Shown: positions 8,904 through 15,798 of the stretch, piece by piece
Layout: every line of letters starts with the position of its first letter
Position numbering within the stretch: position 1 is the stretch's first letter
From: Amoeboradix gromovi X-113
Taxonomy: Eukaryota; Fungi; Sanchytriomycota
Direction: 5' to 3'
Assembly: GCA_018985225.1 (NCBI GenBank)
Contig: JADGIF010000177.1
Span: forward strand, 1-15,798
Length of the DNA: 15,798 nt
Notes under the pieces: generated by a model
What the model was told of the DNA's origin: nothing
What the model saw: the letters and a program-made list of their open reading frames with translations, nothing else
The model's database searches: none
Made by a program: the position numbers and the translations under genes

Positions 8904-10199
8904 CTAAATTAGCGGAAATCTCTGATTTTTCAACTCTAGATCCCTTAATGCTCCGCGCCTTACACTTAATTTTTCGCATTCTGAAACCCCAGAGTGAAGC
9001 TGTGGAAACTTTAGCATTTGGCCATTGCGCTACATAAGAAAGAGATTACCCAATCTCCAATTCCTCTTCTAATAAGAACTTCATTTACTGAAGGTAATTG
9101 GGCGACCTACAAAAGTATAGAAGTTACATTTTGATTTTTGGCGGCTAACTTTTCTGCCAAGATTTTATCCTTTTTTTCTTTGATTTGCGTCTTTAAAAAT
9201 TCAGCGTCTTTTTTGTTTTTTTCCATCTATGTAAGTAAAAAATACTTTTTGAGCATGTTCAATTTTCGCCGTGTCTTCTGAATTTGATCTCCCAAATTCT
9301 CTGTTTGAAGATGGGACACGTACAGCGATATCCTCAGTGGCTACCGTGCTAGATTTTGAAGCTTGAGGTGATGCACTTTTGACTGGTGGTAAATGGACTG
9401 AAGCTGTTGGAGCGCGACTTGATTCGGTAGACTTCTGAGCGGATGTAGCTCTGCTTGCTCTTGATGAGTTCAGCACAGATTGAGTAGTTGAGAAGTCGAT
9501 GCCAGAATTCTCCTTAGATATGCTGTTTTTTCGGATGCCCATACTCATAAACTCATCTTCAGTAATCATTTCTCCCTGCCCGCCTTGCTCAAACTGGTCT
9601 ACTTTTTCTTTTTTCTGAGGGTGCTTTCTTTGCTTGCTGCTGTGAAAGCCGTTATCAAAGCCATCGAAAATGTGCTTCACTTCCTGTCCTAGGATGATAT
9701 CAAAATTATCACTTCTCTCATTGACATGGTCTTTCGGCTTCTTTCGCCCGTTTTGAATTTTTGCATCCTGTACATCTCCAATGACTAACTTTTTTTTGTT
9801 CTCCTCGACAAGTTGAATATCTTTCTCCCTCTCTAAGTCTTCTTGGCGTTTCTTCGCTTCTAAATGCTTCATCTTGAACTGCCTTAACTCTTCTCTTTTA
9901 GCCTCATTTTGTACTCTCATTTTTTCAAGCTGCTCGGGTGTATACTGATAAGCTCCATTGGTAATTCTTGCGCTTGCTTTAACGGCCCTTCTCTCACCTA
10001 CTGGTTGTAATTCTGGAGCAACATCTTTTTTTGGGCTTCCGTCAAAGTTAAAATCTCTAGGTCCCATTTCCATCGGAGGTGCTTGCACTCTTTTTACATT
10101 TTGTCTGCTATTGTTTATCTCCACTCTTTTCTTCAATTCCTCCTCTTCTGTTCGTATTGGATCGCGCGCAGTCATATCGTGGGACAAAAAATTGGACAT
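8904..10199 (-). CDS. Hypothetical charged/coiled-coil protein; exons 10199-9246, 9226-9128, 9106-9050, 9029-8904 (~411 aa)
   Basis: Long open first exon from ATG 10199. Three phase-0 micro-introns extend it to a TAG at 8906-8904, followed 2 nt later by AATAAA. No recognisable family. Confidence 0.7.
9030..9049 (-). other. 20-nt intron (phase 0)
   Basis: GTAATCTCTTTCTTATGTAG; fits the T-N-A-Y-N-TAG consensus and opens a 41-codon terminal exon. Confidence 0.65.
9107..9127 (-). other. 21-nt intron (phase 0, ends in an in-frame TAG)
   Basis: GTAACTTCTATACTTTTGTAG; a 3n intron carrying a stop. It lacks the -6 A (nearest A at -10), so it is less certain. Confidence 0.55.
9227..9245 (-). other. 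19-nt intron (phase 0)
   Basis: GTATTTTTTACTTACATAG; removal continues into the coiled-coil-like MEKNKKDAEFLKTQIKEKKDKILAEK. Confidence 0.75.
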
Positions 10200-10261
10200 T
10201 GTGGCTTGACTACTTACTAATACTAGAGTAGGGTACAATTAATTCTATTTATTTAGTGTTT

Positions 10262-12332
10262 TTACTTAACTAATTCATTGGTCCGATCAAAAAACTCGTG
10301 AAATTTCGCGAGGTTCCTGTTTAAAGCTCTAAGCAGATATGGGTTCAGCTGTTGCTGGAAATAAGATCCTAGCTTATGTTTTCCTATTCGTACTATTAAT
10401 TTTGTCGCGCATACTTTTACTTGTGGATCACTATGAAATAAGCCAATCGCAATTGGATTTAAGCCCCCTTGATCTAGCGGCAAATGGCTAAGCAGCTCTT
10501 CAATCTGATTTGGCTGCTTTATGACCTTCTCAAATGCTACAAACGTATCTCTTGCCTATGTTATTCATAGTTACCTCGTCAGTCGTCAAGTTGCTTGATT
10601 GTTTTAACTTGGTTATTTCAGTTCCCAAATCGATTCCTTTACACGGTCTCTCTGCTGAATATAATTTAAAATCTTCCATTAGATTCTTGTATACCTCATT
10701 GTTTCTAAAAGCTACTATTCTTGGTTTGTTGCTTTTTATTTCCTCTTTGTCAATCGAGTCGTAAAAGTCATATCCAGTTGGTGCTTCAAAATTTAGATGA
10801 TTGCTCTCTATTTCTGCCAATAAATCGAACTGGCCTAAACATATATTGCTTACTCCATTTTCTGTCAGTTCGTCTCTTTCATACGCTATTACAAGATGAA
10901 GAAACCTCTCTATGTAATCTTGAAGTCTCATCCTTATCAAATGCTCTCCAAATCTGTTGTTAATTAAATCTACCATCTCCAACACAAAATCACCATCCGA
11001 TATATACTTTCCCTCCTTTAGTTTACTACTTGAAAGCGCATATCTCAGTTTCTTTAAATCTTCACTTGATGGACTTGATGGCAAATTGGTATTTTTTATA
11101 ATGTTCTTAAACCATTTCTCTTTCTTATCTTCTTCTATTATACTGGCACATTCAGGCGATATTGTAACCAGCCCTGATTTCACATTAACCAATACATCCC
11201 ACCATTTAGTGTGCATCTCAAACGCAGGATTGGTAACACCCGCAATGTAGCCACTACAATTTAGAACTGTATCCAAATGGAATATCGAGCAATACGGAAA
11301 ACATCGTTTTGCTATTCCTCGAAGTATTGCGCCATTTCCACTAGCCAAGCTAACCAATGCCAACACATGCTGACAGACTTCACTAGCTGATATATGATGG
11401 CCTAAAAACAATACCCTCTTGCCTGTTAATACTGCATTTATCAATAAAATCACATTTGGAGTATTTTGACCACTACTATGCAGTTCTTTTATTATAGGGC
11501 CACTAGGATATTCCTCCCCTGTTTTGTTGTACCTCTGAATAAAATCAATTATAGAAAACTCCCCGATTCGTTCTATACGCTTTGTAGAAATTATTGGAAT
11601 TTGAAACTTCATCGAAATCTTATATGCAATGACAGTGACTTGCTGAGTTTTGTTCTCGGGGAAAACAGATGCGCGTCGACGAATAAGACTAGTGTTTTGG
11701 GCTTGCAGTGGGTCAAAGTTTGCTACAGTTTGACGTTTCTTTGATTCACTTTGAGATCTAGGTCGTTTTTTACTGCTAGCGGCTCCGTCACTTTTAGTAC
11801 GGACTCGCAACTCATCTATGCTAGCTTGAATAGGTTGGAGATTGAGAATAGTCTTCTCAGGTGAATTAAGTTGAGAAGTTTCTGTTTGCTCAATTATCCT
11901 TCGACGGTATTCAGGAATAGGTGCTATTTTGGATATATCGCTATTGTTAATGGCATCGTAGACCACCTTAAGCATATCCGGGTCATTTGTCTTGAAATAG
12001 TGATCCAAGGTTAGTATTAGTAGTGGACGAAAAACATGTATGAATGGTTTTGTACTACAGATAGCAAGAGCCTTCATACGAGCTCCTCTTTGTGCTGTAT
12101 CATCTTTTTTAGTCATTACAAGATTCAGTGCATACATTTGATCGTTGGATTTCAAAAAATGATGCATGAAAAACCAAGTCCAATCGGTATCTCTTGAATG
12201 ACCACCCTCTGGCAGCATCAATTCAGCGAGTACCTGTTCCTCAATACCAGTAGGTCTAGGGTATTGCTGACGAAGTGTAGATCCTTTTAAAATATCGAAT
12301 TCACTCAATAAAACATAATCGATGATACTCAT
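10262..12332 (-). CDS. Afi1/MesA-like DENN-related polarity protein; exons 12332-10575 and 10555-10262, ~683 aa
   Basis: YVLLSEFDILKGS, LAELMLPEGGHSRDTDWTWF, RGARMKALAI, LLINAVLTGKRVLFLG, FPY, GYIAGVTNPAF, WWDV. The second exon carries LPLDQGGLNPIAIGLFH, as expected for the family C-terminus. Confidence 0.85.
10556..10574 (-). other. 19-nt intron (phase 0) in the Afi1/MesA-like gene
   Basis: GAG|GTAACTATGAATAACATAG|GCA; removal fuses ORFs 10530..12332 and 10262..10483 in frame (TTDE-ARDTFVAFEKV). Confidence 0.88.
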
Positions 12333-13678
12333 ATGTAATGTTTCATATAAGATTTACTCCACGATTTATAGACAATTAAAGCTTTTCTTGTATCCCATCT
12401 CTCGAATAATCAAAAGACTGAAACCTGCTCCAAATCGCTTCTCTTTCGGTTGGTGGCGGAGTCCAAACATCACTGCAATAGTCCAAGCAGGTATCTAGAT
12501 ATTCAGCTGCACGACTGTGTCCTCTGGCGTCGTTCAAGTAGACCCACGTGTTGAGTGCTGTTAGAGCTAACTTTTTAGCAACAGACAAACATATCTTGGA
12601 TTCTGGGACTTTTGAGAGTAAGAACAGTAGCCATTTCTTACTAATGCATAGGTACTTTTGAGACACTGTAAAACTCGACTGAACAGCTTTTACAAAGGCA
12701 CCCGTACTTTATCACCTGCAACCCATTCTACTATTATTTTCCTTTGCAAGTGAGGATATTGACGATCTATAATAGACTCTCTATAACTTGGTTTTTATAA
12801 CACAATCAATACCTGTATTCACAAATAAATTTGCTAGGGCATGTAGCATTTCAAGAGTCTTTAGGGTTTATGTTCATGTATAGCCCTAGCTTCTGTAAAT
12901 TTTCTGGTATGATGCATAGGTTATACAATCAGGAGTAAGTACTGCCAAAGATTTCCTTCCTAGTACACAAATACGTTCTTATATGTAATAATTTTCACGT
13001 CTAAGACTGCGTTTGTAAGTCGCATAACAGGGTGGGTGTAGCGGTAGGGTAAACTTGAATGAAATAGTCTGATGTGATTTGTGTATGACTGCCTTTTTTT
13101 TGGTAGTCTCTCTTGTAGTGAAGTGGTCGGATAGCTCCTTTCTTTTCTATAATGGTAAACCAATGAAAATTAAACTGTTAAACAAAGCTGCTGCATTTCC
13201 ATATAGTTGGTCCATCCCATATCGTAACCTAGTATGAAGCGATTGCATATATCAGCCACACCTTTCTATTCATACTACTACTGCTGAGATTATTAACAGT
13301 TGTTTTCAGAACTGCCACTATTAAAGCAAATTAATAACAATATGGGGTGTTAGTTAGCACTTGAGAATAACGTCATTTGAATTTGCAGTTATAGAGATGA
13401 ATGATATCTAGTATTGCAATTACCGCGGAAAAATTCGAGAATCACTCTCTTGTCGAAAACAACTATTAATGAAATTTATTGGATTTATCCAATGAAAAAT
13501 GAATTTTTCATATATCGAATGGAACCTCACCTGTTCGCATACACGTAACCAGTGAAATGTATGGTTAACCGAAATTTTTTTGTTAAACATAGGCGTTGCC
13601 ATTAACAAAAAACTTCATTTTATACAGTCAAAAACATAAAGAATATCAAAGGTCTCTTCTGTATAGCTAAGATATAAA

Positions 13679-14591
13679 TTATTTATTTTTATATCTGGTA
13701 ACTTCTATTCCTCTTTTAATTTCTACCTTTGATGTAGATTGCGGCTTTGACTTGCTGTTACTTTTCAGAGTATTTGAAGGTGTGTGAGATGGGGTGTTAT
13801 ATTCAGAATATTCCCCAAGCATTTCCTGTAAAGGCAAAGGAAGCGTTTTGTATAGAAATGTGTTAACTCCATTTAACTCTATGTTTTCAGTAAGAACTTG
13901 AGGATTTGAAAGACGCTCCTGTGGCTGATAACTACTCTGAACTGGTTCATTTAATGTTGATAAACCTTGCATGAAAGCTTGCTTTAATTTGGCCTCATAT
14001 TGATCTTTGGAAGATTGCGCATGTGATAGCTGATTTGCTAGTTGTGCCACTTGCTTCTGCAACTAAATCAAGAAAAATTACTGTAATTATATGGTACTCA
14101 TATTTTTCACTCAGATCATGGATATCCTTGTCATGCTTGATTTTTACTCTTTTTTCATAAACTTTTTCTCTAGAATTTTCGATCTTCCCTTTCCAACCTT
14201 CTAATACTCTGCGTTTTAATTGGCGTTCGTAGATAACTGTAGTAGTCTTCTCCTTTAACTTCGCAACTTGATTGCTCTTGTATTTCATAGTCCATAAGCT
14301 GTAGTACCGATGTTTAATTCGCTGGTAAACAGATCTACACATAACTTCAGCACTGCGCTCTAGGAAATCGTTTTTCAAATCAGCTTTCTTCTGTAGCTCG
14401 CTGTTTATACTATTGAGTGACATTAATTTTTCTTCAACAATTTTCAACTTAGATATATGCTGATGCTCAAGTTCTGATAACTTCGTATCATTTTCATGTT
14501 TGATTTGATTGTGAATATCTGACATATCTGCAATCACCGCCTTTTTGAAAAGCATAGTCCATTTATCTAGATCGCCTGCTAGTTTTTCCAT
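13679..14591 (-). CDS. POC5: POC5-like centriolar (centrin-binding) protein; exons 14591-14082 and 14062-13679, ~297 aa
   Basis: Coiled coil with LDKW near the start, Trp-containing Sfi1-like segments (YYSLW, VLEGW) and LKQAFMQGLSTLN, resembling the POC5 KKAFMRGVCALN motif. The 5' end may be incomplete. Confidence 0.7.
14063..14081 (-). other. 19-nt intron (phase 0) in the POC5-like gene
   Basis: ACA|GTAATTTTTCTTGATTTAG|TTG; removal fuses ORFs 13995..14591 and 13679..14062 (YEYHIIT-LQKQVAQL). Confidence 0.88.
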
Positions 14592-15340
14592 CAGAAAATG
14601 AAACGAAATGACCTATCAAGTAAAAGTGAATTTTAATACATGCTAAATTGCCAGCAAAACTAGTCCTTGTCTCTGCGATATATATAGCCAAATCTGCAAA
14701 CAATCATAGTGCTGAAAACAGTAGTCTCCAGTCTGTAGTTGATTACATTATATGCACTAACACGTGCCATGAGATCAATACACATCCAATAAACGCACTA
14801 GTCACATATATTCACTACAATTTCACTATTTATAATAAGCTAAGAGTTTATACAAGGTTGCAAAGTAAAAGCTTGATCAACAATTTGCTGCTTTTTCCTA
14901 GTTTTTTGCTTTTCTAAAACAATCTCATCTTTAGTCCATAAACTGACAAGGCACTTGTCCGTCTAGCGGTCTTTTAAATTATTATCATATCTGCGGAGAA
15001 TGGTTTATAAGAGGCATTGATTTTATTTAAATTTGATCCCAATTGATAGACGTCTGATTACAAACACAAAACTGAGAATAGTCCACGCACAAAAGTTAAA
15101 TTGAATCTGATATATTAGACCATTTATCGTGGTTACGTATTCTACGCCGCTCTAATTTACTCTCTTTTAACTGCATAAAAATTTATGGTGTTCTTTTCAG
15201 TGACGAAATGAGTCCGGGCTTCGCTGACGTCCACCAGGGGTCTACGAATTTACAGTTATCAATTAATTGCCCATTTATGAAGAGTGTGTCTGACTTGTAA
15301 CTGCCGCAGAGTATCTTGCAAAATTAACTAACAGCAGTTG

Positions 15341-15774
15341 ATTCATCCTTATTCAACCTCACCTCAAGTATTGGAAGAATGAGCAGCCACTGTTACGGAT
15401 CGGCTGGCTTTGCTAGTGTCTCAAATGTGAAGGTTATTAATGAGATAAAATAATAGATACCTATTTATTGCGGTTGATCCTTTCACCAGTAAATGACTTT
15501 TCTTTTGCTGAGCTCTTCAATTCCTTATTTATTACTCTCATAATTATTGATCCAAAGTATCGCGTATAAAAGAGGAACCAAAAAATACTACTTTACAATA
15601 ACAAGCCATGTGTCCTTAAAAACCAAGCAGGTGCTTCATAGAATGCTCCTCGTTAAAAGTCCTGATTTCTGAGAGAATCGAGAATTTCCACAGAGAAACT
15701 AGCAATGCTAGATCTCCGTTACAGTGATCGCTCACGCTTTCACTACCCTGAGGCGGGATTGAATAAGGATGCAT
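15341..15774. repeat. Diverged long inverted repeat: arms 15341-15422 and 15693-15774, 270-nt spacer
   Basis: Manual alignment of the left arm with the reverse complement of the right arm gives about 62/83 identical columns, including CATCCTTATTCAA, TGAGC, CACTGT, ACGGA and TTGCTAGT. Confidence 0.75.
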
Positions 15775-15798
15775 ATACTTAATATATATTTTCCTTGC

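Noticed and set aside
3337-11744. Short antisense or overlapping ORFs in the track (e.g. 3353..3616, 3723..4157, 4294..4542, 8542..8736, 8773..8979, 9958..10209, 10534..11744)
   Set aside because: Shadow frames of well-supported genes, with no motifs.
14613-14639. 27-nt GT-AG segment upstream of the POC5-like ATG
   Set aside because: No consensus match and no convincing upstream coding exon.
14648-14917. 89-aa ORF
   Set aside because: TTG start, no internal Met and no recognisable motif.
1-15798. Alternative genetic code (stop reassignment), tRNA/rRNA genes, CRISPR arrays
   Set aside because: Conserved genes have no internal stops once micro-introns are removed and they end in TAA, TAG or TGA; no cloverleaf, rRNA or repeat-spacer pattern was recognised.

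Overview
AT-rich, gene-dense eukaryotic DNA in the standard genetic code. Gene content (Afi1/MesA-like, Cdc20/Slp1-like, centriolar POC5-like, 7TM-RGS) suggests a compact, centriole-bearing early-diverging fungus or relative; this is inference. Eight protein genes are supported: a single-pass membrane protein, a 7TM-RGS, TyrRS with a C-terminal EMAP II-like domain, a C2 + class 3 lipase, a Cdc20-family APC/C activator, an unknown charged protein, an Afi1/MesA-like protein and a POC5-like protein. The main hidden signal is that the breaks in the ORF track are repaired by ultra-short GT-AG introns: four of 19 nt, one of 20 nt and one of 21 nt. Five of the six share the 3' end T-N-A-Y-N-TAG, with the putative branch A fixed at -6. 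Intergenic DNA also holds a decayed TnpB/Fanzor-like C-terminal fragment at the window edge, a MITE-like element with 31-bp inverted repeats, and an ~82-bp diverged inverted repeat.
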